The notes under the pieces were generated by a model. It worked only from the letters and a program-made list of their open reading frames with translations. It had not been told where the DNA came from and ran no database searches. From Octopus vulgaris (Eukaryota): a stretch of 64,000 nt of DNA. The stretch covers positions 64,852,001 through 64,916,000 of the forward strand of contig OX597818.1 of the NCBI GenBank assembly GCA_951406725.2. The letters run 5' to 3'. Of the stretch, positions 1 to 14,335 are shown piece after piece (the first letter of the stretch is position 1; the number at the start of each line of letters is the position of its first letter). The position numbers were made by a program, and so were the translations under genes.

Positions 1-824
1 TACTCCTCTCGTGTAATTATCAACATTTAATTAAATCAAACCAATTGATCTTCTGTCATTGATGCGTGAGTCTATGAACCATTTATAGAAAATTAATTAA
101 AGAGCTGAAACGTAATGCATATCATTCATAACGTCAAAATTGCAAACCTCAGTTAAACATATTCCTATCAATTTACAAATAATGCATGAAATGATTTGTG
201 GCTGTGTGGTAGGAAGTTTGCTGCCAAACCAAATGTTTTCAGATTCAGTTCCTCTTCGTGAACAATGAATTCTACAAAGAAATTCTAGTCTAGTCACTGT
301 TATGTACCAATAACCTGTAAACGCTCAATGTCTTAACAAGGATTGCTGTTTAGTAAAGGAAAATAACATTAATAATTGCACAAGCTGTCTTTCATATCAT
401 ATATCAGCAAATATTGTAATTATGCTAACATAGTTAATTCTTAATGATGATAAATGTCATTTATTATGAACCAAGTAGGTCTATATACATGATAAATTAC
501 TTTAAGGAACTAATTTATTCATCACTTACTTGGAATGGGTATGATGAATTAAGCACACCATAGGAATTTTAACTTAGTTTTCACAACAATGAAGAAAACA
601 TATGCATGCTTTATGCAAATTATTAAAGCTATTTAACAAGAGAGGCAGATTAGATGTATTGGATAAGAAATCACATTTATAAATGTCTATTCAAGTTAGA
701 TAAACATTAGCTGACACGTAAGTCTCGAATATTTATTACTTATATATAACAATATTCTGTCACATCCTATTCCATTGACCTGTTCTATACATATATCTGT
801 AGTACTACATATGAAATATGTAAC

Positions 825-864
<40 letters not shown>

Positions 865-867
<3 letters not shown>

Positions 868-1097
868 TCACCAAGATAGATCGGTAGCCACTACACACGT
901 TCTTTTCTCTTCTTTTTTTCTCTCCTTTTTTTCTCTCTTTTTTCTCTCCTTGTTTTTTTTATTTTTTATTGTATCCCTTTCTGTAGAAGAGCGTAGGCTC
1001 GAAACGTAAAATACTTTTTCAATTCCTGAGCGTTATACTAATACATCTGTTTGTTTTGTACACCCCCTGTCTTCGTCTTTTGTTTTTCGTGAACTCT

Positions 1098-1100
<3 letters not shown>
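865..1100 (+). mobile_element. PLE 3' end (pLTR-like) with variant minimal hammerhead, ending at (TA)n
   Basis: Similar to the reverse complement of 38190-38400, the tail of the GIY-YIG element; motif ctgtaga-a-gagc-gtag-gctc-gaaa-cgta at 981-1008; abuts (TA)n at 1101. Confidence 0.7.
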
Positions 1101-1146
<46 letters not shown>

Positions 1147-1345
1147 GATAGTCAATTCAAAGAACGAAAAAATTAGAGAAAATGAAAAAACAAAAAATAA
1201 GAACAAACGCGATGATGTACATAAGCAATGTCTTAATTTGACGCTCGGTGAAGGAAGAGAGCTGTTGTCAACGTTTCGAGCATAGCTCTTCGTCGGAAAC
1301 AAGGAAGTCCAAAGAGAAAAGAGTTGAAATGAGTAAAATCAACAA
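1147..1345 (-). mobile_element. PLE 3' end of a second subfamily, with minimal hammerhead
   Basis: Similar to 42020-42213; T-rich tail ends in the same (TA)n tract as the previous element. Confidence 0.65.
1265..1302 (-). ncRNA. Minimal type I hammerhead ribozyme motif (CCGACGA core)
   Basis: Minus strand reads ttgtt-t-CCGACGA-a-gagc-tat-gctc-GAAA-cgtt-gacaa; stems I and II pair; palindromic AACGTT in the stem III position. Confidence 0.7.
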
Positions 1346-1719
1346 CAGTCCTCGTGCAGTTAGAAAAGAATACACTTAGCAGCACATCTCATACAGGTCG
1401 TTATATTTCCTCGATATGTCCTTTATATATGATGCATTTCCTTTCACTATGGTTTTCCTTACTTCATTTGATTGCAGCTGCTCTCCATTTTAGCTTTAAT
1501 GCATTCAGCCGGACCATTCACCATCGCCTTAGTTGTTTTACGAATAGTTTGTCTCATTATTTCAACACCAAGGGACAACTGCATGCGTGTATCTGTTGTC
1601 TGCTGGTCTGGCGACATTTATGGCGAAATTGAATTTGGCATTTAGTGATTCCACTGTCACCTCATACGTTCCAATCCGATCAAGATTTTTCTGTTAACAA
1701 CAATAACAGCAGCAACAGC

Positions 1720-1821
1720 GTGAGGAAAGAGGAGGAGTAGAAGAAGATGAAGAATGTGAAGAAGAAGAAGGAGAAGAAGAAGAAGAAGAAGAAGAAGAAG
1801 AAGAAGAAGAAGGAGGACAAG

Positions 1822-1852
<31 letters not shown>

Positions 1853-1925
1853 GGAAAAAGTGGAAGACGAATAAGAAGAAGACGAAGAGGGAGAAGTAGA
1901 AGAAGTAGAAGAAGAAGAAGAAACG
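1720..1925 (+). repeat. Degenerate (GAA)n polypurine microsatellite
   Basis: Seen directly; source of the poly-Ser ORF 1694..2227. Confidence 0.95.
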
Positions 1926-2229
1926 AGAGTGTGAGTAGGACAGATGTGTGGAAATGAACGGCTGGATAACGTGGAAAAATGAAAGACTTTGACTACTTTA
2001 GTCTCCCTTCTTAAAAAGAAGGGTCTAAGCATGGCATGGATCGACTTTTGAAAGGCTTTGGCCAGTCTTCCCCACAAATGGGTCCTGGAAACTCTAGCCA
2101 AGAGCAAGATACCAACAATGATAAAATATATGAAATATGCCTTGAATAAATGGCAGTGCCGCAGCTCCAGATAAGAGAGAGAATTATAAAATCTGAAGTC
2201 ATCTCTATTAGAAAAGAAATATACCAAGG

Positions 2230-2910
2230 AGACTCGCTCTCCTCTTTAGTGCCTTGTACAGATAGGCTAAACAGAATTTGATGCGGATACGACTGTTATG
2301 GTAATACAATCAACCATCACTTGTGTATAAAAGATCTAAAACAGCACGCTGCAATTACAATCATTACTAGAGAGAGTGTGTAGATATACTAAAGAAGTGA
2401 AAATGAAATTAGGCTGAGAAACAGCTGCCAAAGCAACATTGAATAGAGGAAAACTAGTTAAGAGTAAGGATATAACACTAAATAAAGAAAAAATGAAGAG
2501 AATTAGACAAAATTCAGATATACAAATACTTACGAATATCTAGATACGTTACAAAACACAAATGAAAGAGGATTTTAGGAAGGAATAAGGAGCTCACAGG
2601 GAAATAGGCCAGACATTATATTGAAAGACTTCAGACCAAAATCAAGCTCCTGATTGTTATGATTGTCCCAATCGACATAAATGTATCTGTCAAGATCTAA
2701 AAAAAACTGAGAATATATAAAAAATCTTGAAACTGAAGTTGGCAAAATGTGAAACCTCAATACTAAAACAGTGCTTGTTGTCATAGGAATCCTATAATTG
2801 ATTGCCAGAGTGGCAGACTGGTTCCTTGTTCAGATACCAGGATATCCAAAATGGAAGAAATTCAAAATGCACATGGGAACCTGTACAAATACAAAGCAAG
2901 TGCCAAACAT
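2230..2910 (+). mobile_element. Degenerate RLE-type non-LTR retrotransposon (R4/Dong/NeSL-like): RT C-terminus and restriction-like endonuclease relic
   Basis: Broken frames give KMKLG..AAKATLNRGKLV, YKYL, NRPDIILKD, IVPIDINVSVK, YKNLETEVGKM*NLNTKTVLVVIG; followed by (AAT/AAC)n. Confidence 0.7.
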
Positions 2911-5348
2911 GTAATAATAATAACAACAACAACAACAACAACAATAGCATCAATAATAATTATTATTCTAAGGAGAGTAGTGTCTCTTTGATTCACAGGA
3001 GAAAGCACTACTTGAAACCTTTGGTGATCTGTTGTTTTCCTACTTTCAAGTAAAGAATAACCGGTAATTCAGAGTCTTTTATAATAACAACAACAACAAG
3101 GAGGAGAAGAAGAAGATGCAGTAGAACAACAACAACGACAGCAATATGCAAAGTGCTTTATCTCAGCCTCTGCTTTTCTCAATAATATTTATAGAACTCT
3201 GTTTAGTGTCCCTTTTATTCCAGGAGTTATCTTTTCCAATATGTTTATCATTGCAAATATGCAGCTATCAGATTTGCATAAAGTACGCACGGCAGATAGC
3301 AATGTGCATTAGTCAACACTCGCATATACTGAATGCAATCACCAGATAAATCATTATTAATGCGACATGGGTTTATACCACGATATCACCAAGGAGCGAA
3401 AAATCACTTGAATATAATGCCCTTTCGAGTCAGGAATGCAGCGACAACGAGGCTGTAGCATGCCAAAACAATCCATGACCGATGCTTATAAGCACGCATT
3501 TCTCGTCGATACCATTGACGTGAATAAACTGAAACAATACTGCTTTTTGCGCTCTTATTTTCTTCAACAGCACACAAATAATATCAAAGGGTAGTGGAAT
3601 AATCGATTTAACTGACGTTGGATTAAAGTTTTCAGTTTGAGAAATGATATTTAGTGACGTGTCTGAAGAAACTAACGTTGCAATTAGTTGGGAAACCTTT
3701 ATATTTCAACAAGCACGAAAAGAGATCAAGGTGCCTTTATAAATGCAAATGGAAAATAGTTTTGTGATTGGGAAGTGAAGGTGAAATTGTCAGCATTAAA
3801 ATGCTTGAAAACCACACTGAAAACAAGATATTTTAAATTCGGAATTTATAAGAATTTTTTAGACAGTGTAAAATTCAAAACTTGCTTTCCTTTAGTGATA
3901 GTTATATACCCAAAACTCATGGTTTCATAATTGTTCTGAATGTAGCAGTTATTCATACATGATACCATGGGAATACATGAGTATCTGGGCTAAAATATCA
4001 CATTCGATCACAGCACCAGTAACAGTTAAGCTTCGTGCAATGGCCATATTCGATAACGAGGGGGCAGCCATAATATATCTAATGAAATTAACGTTTTGTC
4101 TATTTCTATAATATCTTTCAAATGTAATGCATTTAATAGAATTTGAAGGTGCATATTGATCTAGAGCATGTTATATATAATGTCAATATATCAGAGTCTA
4201 CAAATCAATACGTCCTCATATAACGTATATAGTTACATTGAAATATATTATTTATACGTGTGTGGTGCGAGTTATACGAATGAGTTAAATGTTAATCAGA
4301 TATTTCACTACCTGGGAGAGTTTATCTTCGTAAAAGAAATTAATAAAACGCATGACATGTTTGGGAAATTACATTTCCATACCCAATTACAAATATCAAG
4401 ATGTATGAAACAGATTGAAATCGAATCAATCTTTAACGAATCCCAATTACCTGCATAAATTCTTCACACATTTACAATTACTGCGAGTTTTAGTAGACTA
4501 ACGATACTATTATAATTCCAAATAGATATCTCTGGCATTATATATATATATGTAGATGGACCTGTATATATTTATTTTCCCCAATTAATTATCACTCTAA
4601 ATCTAATAAGTTTGTCACGATTTCTTAATCTTTGACTAAATTGTGTATACTTATTTTTATCTCTTACTTCCTTCGTAAAAGGTGATGCTGCCGATAATTT
4701 ATTACCTATCAGGTTCACTTACAAAGGTAATATTAAAAACGTTGAGAATGACGTATTCCTGACTTCTTCATCCCGGTTAGTATTTAATTATTGAATTAGT
4801 ATCTCTTCATAATCAGCATAATTCAGTGAATTGCTACTATTATAACATTCGTTATCAGTTCTGCTTATGTATAATAATTCTGCTCAATCTAAAATCAGCT
4901 ATACAAAGATCTATTTAATCACTCATAGAATAATCAAATTTTGATGTACGGTGTATTATCTATTCCGTAATAAACGTAGCTGCTTATCAGACACTGGACT
5001 GATATTTCACGTCTGAAAATCGGCCCAGATTAAGTATAACCTGAACTAACGATATCCTATTTTCTTCACATGTGATATAAGATACTCTGTATTTATATAT
5101 TTGGATTGTAATGCATTATTGTAGTTGATATTTATTATGAATCGATCTAATTGGTAAATGATCATATATTGTAATAATTATCTTCGAAATTCCTTAGTAT
5201 TTGGAAGGTTTCGTAATGGCTAAGTATACAATATTTATGACGTAAACAGATTTGGTGTTCTCGGTTTCAATGAATATAATCAACAATATATTAGCTAAAC
5301 TATTAATTATTCTGTTTAAATGATGTTTCGTTCTTTTGGTTTACAGCT

Positions 5349-5525
5349 TACGTGGTCCGGTCAATAAGTATCAGGATTGTTCCTATAGTAACCAGGCTAA
5401 AACGCGCAGAGTGAAGCCGCTTGGTACAGATTAACCTTGGAGGATACTGTGCCTGCAAGCCTAGTGTTAACATTTTGGGTCACTTTCGTTGTTCACAGCT
5501 GTCCTTGGAAAGAAATGTTCGAGTT
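5349..5525 (+). mobile_element. Solo left end of the mariner family seen at 47139-48032
   Basis: tacgtggtccggtcaataagtatcaggattgttcctatagtaacc resembles the TIR of that element. Confidence 0.6.
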
Positions 5526-5745
5526 TCCAGACGCTACGGATTTATTACCACACTGCCGTTATTGAAATAGACAGACCAGAGCGTAAGACGCTCTACTGCC
5601 TTACGAATTCCTGGTCGTTTGCATCAGTGCTCGAAACATTGGGACAGATATTATTGTGAAAATAGTGTAGTAGTTTCAGAACAATAGACCCTCGAATGAC
5701 TATCTTCGTCTTCAAAGTAACTGAAGTTTGTTGAGAGAAAATAGT

Positions 5746-5746
<1 letters not shown>

Positions 5747-5827
<81 letters not shown>

Positions 5828-5867
5828 GTCTTCTGTCTGTCTGTCTGTCTGTCTGTCATTGTCTGTA

Positions 5868-5903
<36 letters not shown>

Positions 5904-5965
5904 CATCTTTCTTTCTTTCTATCTCTCTCTATATATCTATCTATCTATCAATCTGTCTATCTTAT
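5747..5965 (+). repeat. (TATC)n/(TGTC)n compound microsatellite
   Basis: Seen directly. Confidence 0.95.
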
Positions 5966-6623
5966 CCTATACATACGTATACATATATCTTATATATGCA
6001 TAGATACATATGCAAATGGGTGAATGGGAAAAAGAATGAGAAAAAATAAATGCCGCATTTTCCAGAGAATATGGCCAAAGGTACCTACGATTACCCTGTC
6101 CAGCCACGTGAGTTTACGCTCAATGATAATTATGTAACTATCTAACCATTATTACACTGGCTGCTAGTTGCCTAAGACCTAGAAGCGAGCTTTAATTTAT
6201 CTCATATAATATTATTCTCTCCAGACGAATGACAAGTTAGGTTCGTTTTTTGAGCCTATCAAATTTTAAGTTACATTGAATCCAGTCAAAATTATTCGAT
6301 AATATACACTCATATACTCACACATAGAAACATACCGCACGCACTTCCATATATATATATATGTGAAGCATAACTGTCGCCACTACTACATGAACCTGAA
6401 GATTGCATAATTTAATGCATGAAAGTACTAGTTCAATCAGAATGAACATTTAACATTCTACTATTTTATTTTATTCTATTATCTTATATTATATCATTAT
6501 AAGATTGTAAATAAAGCGCCAAAATCAGACAAAGTTGGAAATCCTTTTATTAATATATTCTTCTATACACAATCACACACACCTATCGTATGTCTATATC
6601 TATCTATCTATTCCTATTTATCG

Positions 6624-6658
<35 letters not shown>

Positions 6659-6659
6659 A

Positions 6660-6721
<62 letters not shown>

Positions 6722-6724
<3 letters not shown>

Positions 6725-6923
6725 ATAATAATAAAGGGTAAAATTAATTAATTAAGTAATAATCTGTGTCTACGTGAATAATTTTGAGTTTATGCTGTCC
6801 GGGAGTTTCTTCTTATAGTAGAATAAATAACTAAGTTCTTTGGCTGCTATGTCTAAAGTTCGGTATGTGGTGAAGTTAATTTTTTTGCTGAATCCTATTT
6901 ATAATTATATTCATAATTATAAA

Positions 6924-6930
<7 letters not shown>
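6722..6930 (+). mobile_element. Short diverged relative of the 585-bp pLTR unit with an inverted 5' piece, between (TA)n tracts
   Basis: 6722-6760 matches 40735-40775; 6815-6897 matches 41380-41460. Confidence 0.6.
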
Positions 6931-6960
<30 letters not shown>

Positions 6961-8335
6961 GCAATCTTCCAAAGGGCAGAAGGAAACTCAAGTTATTCCT
7001 GCCTGGCACAACTCTCTCTTACCATTCACGAAATATCTGGCCTGTAATCACTTTGTAAGCTTTTAGCTATACGTGGGTGTGTGCGTGTTTGTGTTTGTGT
7101 GTGGGTGTGTGTGTATGCCTGCGTGTATCGATTATTAATATCTCTTTATCGATAGGATACTTACTAATCTGAAATTGATTCCCATTCTTCGTATTTTTTC
7201 GAACATTTAACGAAATTAATTGGATTTGATTAACATTAGTATTCCTAAGTGAATATGGATGGGTATTTAAAGAGACGTACATAATACTAAATGAATTATC
7301 CATCATGTCTGATACAAAACATTTCTATAGAATGGTACACAAAGGTATTCGCTATTGGTGGTATGAGTTAATGATTTACAGAATTGCATAGAAAACAGAA
7401 AAAAGCAAATTGCTGCTATAAACATTGGATTTCTCTGTGTAGAATTAAAGGAAATAACTCATATAATAGTAATTATCATCTGAATAGTGACGTAACTCAA
7501 ATGACTGTATAGGGATTGTATGTATGTTAATGTAACACTTTAAGATTGGTAATATTAACAGCATTAACATATTTTTTCAGAGGAAGCCTTAGGAGAGGTA
7601 AATTTCATAGAAATATAATAAATTTTAAAGCAGTCATAATTCCGAAAGAAACAGATAAGGTGTATTAGGTAGAGTACGAATAATATAGCGGTATAGAACA
7701 AATATGATGATATGAATAATAAAAGTGGTCGCTCTACAAAAGAATGCAAAATATTCCGGGTGAAATATCCATAGCAGAATACAAAAAAGTCGAATTTGAA
7801 AGAGAATATACCCATCGCTTTGTCTGTATATCTATCTGCAGTTCATCTTGCAACTAAAATCAATAAGCAATAGGAAAATGATAGTGGGTAAGATATCGAT
7901 ATTTTGTATTTTTTACAAATATTTAGACAATCAATTATATAAGCAATTTGCATTTCGTACTAAGTTGCTATAGTAAACATGCATAGAAGATACACCAGTG
8001 AAGTCGAAAAGTAATAGGGAAGGAAACCTTGATGTTGATATTTAATGTTGAAACTTCGAAATCCCTCTGCTATGTCTGCACGAGTCCCATTGGACCTGGC
8101 ACATTGGAAAAGAGATTAACGCACGCGAATGTCACTCTGTTCAATAGAAGAGACTACGAAGTTCTAAAAACATTGAAGAAAGACTAAAGTATTTTAGTCT
8201 CATAAATAAACTGAAACTTTACGAAGATCTGAAATATATTAGAAAAGTAAGATTAAACGGAAACTCTACGCTGGCACACTGATACACACATTTATATATA
8301 TGCGCGAAGAAAAAATATTTACACACACACACATG

Positions 8336-8459
<124 letters not shown>

Positions 8460-9193
8460 TATATATATACGCACGCACACTCACACACACATATATAAGA
8501 TAGAGGGAAAGAAAACCGTGTGTGCGATTATAGATAAACTGGAATTGAAAATTTTTTTCATAGAATGCGTTTGAATATATAATAAACGTATGCGCTTATT
8601 TTATTTATCATTGTCACTTCATCTTCAGGTTGATTCTGAAGAAATCCTGCCTGCTATACATTCTTCTTTCTTTACCATTTCATGTTCTATTCTTATATTC
8701 CTTTCTTTTTGTACGCAAATATATAGATATATATATCTTTTTTTAAATGGCAGTGAAGTTGATAACATCTATTTCTCTACAACACTAATAAAATTCACAT
8801 TCAAATTCTATTCTGATTCTTATCCATAGATTTACTCTGTATATAAAAGATATATATGTTTTCCTTTTATATATATTTTTCATAAAGCAATATTTTAAAG
8901 TACTCTCCTTCACAAGGTGTTGTCGAGATTCTTTCTTTCTTTTTAGCTTATAAAATGTGTCGAGATTTCATTGCTTGGTAAAATATTATGACTCACAAAA
9001 ATATTCCAATGCAAAATGAAGGAAAATCTCGATAACATATATATGTAACTGTTGGAAACTATGAAGTCATGTGACAAATCAATTTATTGTTCATACAAGC
9101 ACTACCCACACGACAATATATCTCAGGTATTTTGTCCCGCTGTATTAAGAACGTCCCTTTATATTTTTGTATTATACAGTATAATCTGCCGTT

Positions 9194-9790
9194 AAGGAGG
9201 CGAGCTGGCAGAAACGTTAGCACGACGGGCTAAATGAGTAGCCGTATTTCGTCTGCCGTTACGTTCTGAGTTCAAATTCCGTCGAGGTTGACTTTGCCTT
9301 TCATCCTTTCGGGGTCGATAAATTAAGTAGCAGTCATGCACTGGGGTAGATGTAATCAACTTAATCTCTTTGTCTTTCCTTGTTTATCCTCCCTGTGTTT
9401 AGCCCCTTGTGGGTAGTAAAGAAATAGTTATTTCTCTCATCGCTACGTTCTGAGTTCAAATTCCGCCGAGGTCGACTTTGCCTTTCATCCTTTCGGAGTC
9501 GATTAAATAAGTACCAGTTACGCACTGGGGTCGATATAATTGACTTAATCCGTTTGTCTGTCCTTGTTTGTTCCCTTGTGAGCAGTAAAGCAATAAGAAT
9601 CGTTATTACCCCAGGATAAATGCTATTAGCGTATCGTTCGTTTCTGAGTTCAAATTCCTCCGAGGTCGAATTTGCTTTTCTTCCTTTCGGCGTCGATAAA
9701 TTAAGTACCAGTTGCGTACTGATGTCGATCTAATCGACTAGCCCTTCCCCCAAATTTCGGGCCTTGTGCCTAGAGTAGAAAAGTATAAAT
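9194..9790 (+). mobile_element. tRNA-derived SINE family A, composite copy with three cores
   Basis: Head aaggaggcgagctggcagaaacgttagc; core gagttcaaattcc...ctttcatcctttcggggtcgataaattaagta repeated three times. Confidence 0.9.
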
Positions 9791-10239
9791 AAAATACCAT
9801 TTGAGCACTGGTGTTGATGTAATTCACAATGTCAATTTCCATCTTAATTCAGACCTTTTTTCCATTTGTATACGACGATATTTATCTGCTGGTCATTTAT
9901 ACTCGATATCAATAAATATATAACATTAATGAAAATAATGAATAAAGTGCATGGATGTTTGTGTGTTAAGAAGCTTGTTTCCCACCCCATCAGAGCCATT
10001 GTTTCCGATTGCTATAAAAAGGCATTCTTCTCCAGCCTTAAGGACTTATGTATATCTATCCCCTGGACAGTACTATATATCTACCTAGTGGCCAGTACTA
10101 TAGAATTACTCATTTTTGCCGACTATGTGTACTAGACCAACTTGAAATAAAGTGTTTTGCTCAAGAACCCAATGTGTTCGCCGTGTCCAGGAATTGAAAC
10201 TTTAATCTTACGATCATGAGCGCAGCACTGTAAGCACTA

Positions 10240-10930
10240 GGCTATACTCCACCCTTTCTAGAACATCCTGTCAGCACACAAAGGCACTGTATACTATAAT
10301 TCACTATGATATTAACCGTTTTCGTTTAGACGCTGTGCAATTAACTTTAAAAAAAGAATACATTTCATCCCCACCCCCCATGTAGTTCTTGAATCATAGT
10401 AGCTACATGTCTTTCTTTTTGTGTCCCTTCAACCATAAATCGCTACCGCTTTAAATTACTTCAAACATTCCACTGCTATTTATAACGAATTCAATGGCAT
10501 GTAAGTTTACTTCCATCTAATTGCAACCCTAAATTCAATTCTCATCCGACTGAGCCTTTACTATGGTCTTGACTTCGAATTCACAACCCAATTGTTCCAA
10601 ATTCCTGCAACGACATTCGACGTTGTTTATTCTACCGAAACCTCGATGCTGCAACACCTACGAATATTAATAATTCGACTGCACTCGCCTTGTTGAAGAA
10701 CCCGTGAACCTGATTGTATATGTTGTAAAGATAACTCCAAAGTTTCACACGCACCAAGAAAAATATTATTTACTACATTAAATTCTGATTTTGTGCCATA
10801 TTTTATAATGGAGAAACCAGTCAGCGCTTAGCAGACCGTTTTATGGAACATTATTAATAGAAGCACGAAATATGGCCAGGTCATTTCGACATAAATATCG
10901 TGATTTGAATTCTTCTCTTACATACATTCC
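10240..10930 (+). pseudogene. Highly decayed PLE GIY-YIG endonuclease relic
   Basis: About 10744-10855 translates to FTRTKKNIIYYIKF*FCAIFYNGETSQRLADRFMEH, matching FTCTSSNIIYC..YIGQTGRRLADRFAEH in the 39-kb element. Confidence 0.7.
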
Positions 10931-11704
10931 TCTTGGTAAATCTACTTACTATTGTGTGGTTTATGATTTGAGAGATAGATAAGCCATCATCTTTTTATAG
11001 AAATGCACCTCTGATCAGTGGCGTGTAACAGAGATTTAATATAGCAATTGTAGAAGTTCTGCTTTTATGTAGCTAACACATGATGTTGAGTAGCTTGTTG
11101 CGATGTTGTTGATGATCATAAGCATGGGGTGACAGCTTGATAATAATTGTTGATTAAACATTGATTATTTCCTTTGAAAATGTAATCAATAACAGAGAAT
11201 GCTCTGTAAACCAGTTGACAATTTTGGTGCCTAAAACAAGATTGTCGCTCATGAGAAAATTGTTCTAGTTTGAACATACGTGTTTACGTTCAAGTTGTGA
11301 TAACGGTATTTTAATATTAAGTCCACTTGAATGTCCTAACTTCATAAGATTAGTTCATGTCCTAGACTTTGCACTGATGTTTTGCGTTTGGAGTGAACAA
11401 TTTAATGAAATCTGTTACTGGGGCGTTATATGTTGCAAGATGACAATTAGTCAGTGACATCAGAACATCTATTTAGAGTCCTTTAAATGTATATCACGAT
11501 GTCACATAAACTAAGTGAGAAGGGACGGCTTTCATTAGAAACTGTCATTCAGTGTATAGAAATTTTATCATGGAAATAAGTCGAAAGTCTATTGCTTGTA
11601 TGCTGCCTAGTATGCCTGTGTGCGTAATGACAGCGTCATATGAGGTGTGGGAGGAGAACTGCCATGATGCTCTCCTCTGAGCTTTGTTGAATTTGAATAG
11701 TATT

Positions 11705-12091
11705 CTTTTCTACTTTAGGCACAAGGCCCGAAATTTTGGGGGAGAGGGCCACTCGATTAGATCAAGCCTAGTACGCAACTGGTACTTAATTTATCGACCC
11801 CGGAAAGGATGAAAGGCAAAGTCGTCCTCGGCAGAATTTAAACGCAGAACGTAAAGACATAAGAAATACCTATTTCTTTACTACCCACAAGGGGCTAAAC
11901 ACAGAAGGGACAGACAAACGGATTAAGTCGATTATATCGACCCCAGTGCGTAATTGATGCTTATTTAATCAATCCTGAAAGGATGAAAGGCAAAGTCGAT
12001 CTCGGCGGAATTTGAACTCAGAACGTAGCGGCAGACGAAATACTGCTAAGCAATTTGCCCGGCGTGCTAACGCCTTTGCCAGCTCGCCGAC
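11705..12091 (-). mobile_element. SINE family A, two-core copy
   Basis: Homology to other copies; 18-bp TSD ttgaat(t/g)tgaatagtatt at 11687-11704 and 12092-12109. Confidence 0.9.
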
Positions 12092-12589
12092 TTGAATGTG
12101 AATAGTATTAGCGCAGAATGTATTTTTGTAATCGGAACAAAGACGTCAGGCAATCAGATGCAAAATTTGATCACACTAGATGATTTCACAATGTCAGGTA
12201 TTATCCGGACGAATATATTAATCGCTGATTTTAGCTTTGCTTACTAGCTACAGTTTCTTGTAATCTTTTATAGGTCTCTATCAACTTGTTCATGATTAAA
12301 GAGGGGTTGGTTTATATATATTCTCTTGATATGCACAGTTACAAAAATTTGCTGACTTTGGATAATTTTACATGATAATGAGTTGTAAAAAACTCATTAG
12401 ATAAACGATGGATCCTTTTCTGTATATTTATACCAAGCACATATTTTATTTCAGCTTTATACGCTAAATGTACACATGTCGTCAATGTAATATAAAACTT
12501 AAGGAAAGATGAAGTGTAACATATGTGTAGAAGTGCGTTTTTTTATATAATACGGGCAAATCAGAAGAACAGAGATCCACAAATTCAAA

Positions 12590-12850
12590 GAGACAGTCAT
12601 GCACAACATGTGTTCTGGGACTTTGTTTTGATAGACCACGGCCTCATTCGTCAGTTTTTCCTGAATGTCTGGTTTTGATAGCCTTTCTTAACTGCCTCAA
12701 AACGTTGGCATACCATTCTCCATTTGAATCCTCCAAAATCTGAGTTTATCAACCTTATTTACAAATGAAAAAGCCTTGGACTAATTTGGCTCAGGTGAGT
12801 AATGGTGTGTCCACTGCATTGATGGTCTCTTTGTCTCTGGTGAAATGTGA
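12590..12850 (-). pseudogene. Mariner transposase catalytic-region fragment
   Basis: Minus frames read PETKRPSMQWTH...NGEWYANVLRQLRKAIKTRHSGKL...YQNKVPEH. Confidence 0.7.
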
Positions 12851-13233
12851 AGCGAACACTCACCCCTCTAAAATACTATTGTTCTTACGCTGAGTTTCGA
12901 ACCTTAGCTATTAATGAATAACCATGACACACGATTTGATAATCCATTTGATCTACGAGAGATGTTTCATATAGTGGTTTAGCCTTAATATATACAAAGG
13001 AATTAACCTTTAACTTCCACAGCTTCTGAATGCAAAGCTTAGGAAAATTTTAACGTCATTAATAAAATATTCATGATCTTTAGACTCATTTTCAAACGAG
13101 GCGTGTTACCTATATTGTAATCGGATTGAGAGAGTTATGGCGTTCAAGGTTAAAGAGATTGTCAGCCATAATATTGCACCTAATTAGAATTTTTTAAATA
13201 ACGTTTTTGCATGCAGACATAATTATGACTCTG

Positions 13234-13265
<32 letters not shown>

Positions 13266-13288
13266 TATACATATATATATACATATAT

Positions 13289-13390
<102 letters not shown>

Positions 13391-13527
13391 ATATAAATGC
13401 ATACGATTAGTTCGATGCATCTTATATACTTATTTTTTTATATCCCTGTGGATATACGTTTATATATATTCACACACACACAAATATATACACATATACA
13501 CACATATATAAATATACATACATATAT

Positions 13528-13577
<50 letters not shown>

Positions 13578-13827
13578 TCTCTGTGTATATACGTACATTG
13601 AAACTTGGTTCTGAGTTCCCCTGAGAATGAACAGGTGTGTTAGCAAATAACTGATAAAAACGTTATTTTGTTAGGATGAACATATATTTCGCAACATGTC
13701 TCAACGCTAATATTTTTATGCTTTTTTCTCTCTGTATATCAAATGAAAATTCTTAATCAGATTCAGTAAGACTTGGTTCTGCTAGAAACTTTGGCAAGAA
13801 AAAAAAATAGTATTATATTAAGGCCAA

Positions 13828-14335
13828 AATTTTCATGAAAAACGATTCGTAACATTTTTTTTCTTCTGTTCTGGGTATCAGAGGCATTTGAGATAACTAA
13901 TTATATATATTATTTTATTTTACAAAGCATTAATTTTTGTTTTTGTTAATTGACTTGTTTTTTTTATATTGGTATAGTTTTATTTCTAAGGTAGAAACAC
14001 ATAGACATATTTCCTAAACCACATTCGATGATGCATCATTGTCAAATATTTATGAACGCATACCCAGGAAAAGTGTTATGAATTTTCATGAAACACGATT
14101 CGTAACATTTATTCTTCTGTTTTGGGTATCAGAGACATTTTGAGAGAACTAATTTTACATATTATTTTATTTTAGAAATCATTAAGTTTTGTTGTTTTTT
14201 TGTTAATAGGTCTGTTTTTGTCACATTGATATACTTATATTCCTAATGTAGAATCGCATAGACATCTTTTCTAAACCATATTCGATGATGCATCATTGTC
14301 ATAAACGCATGCCTTGGAAAAGTGTTATGAATATT
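13828..14335 (+). repeat. Diverged tandem duplication, unit about 253 bp, 2 copies
   Basis: aattttcatgaaa.acgattcgtaacattt...ggaaaagtgttatg starts at 13828 and again at 14081. Confidence 0.9.

Noticed and set aside
1694-2227. 177-aa Ser-rich ORF
   Set aside because: Driven by the (GAA)n tract; no domain signal
9194-9790. Repeat-spacer-like pattern suggesting CRISPR
   Set aside because: Repeats are long SINE cores in a eukaryotic context with no cas genes
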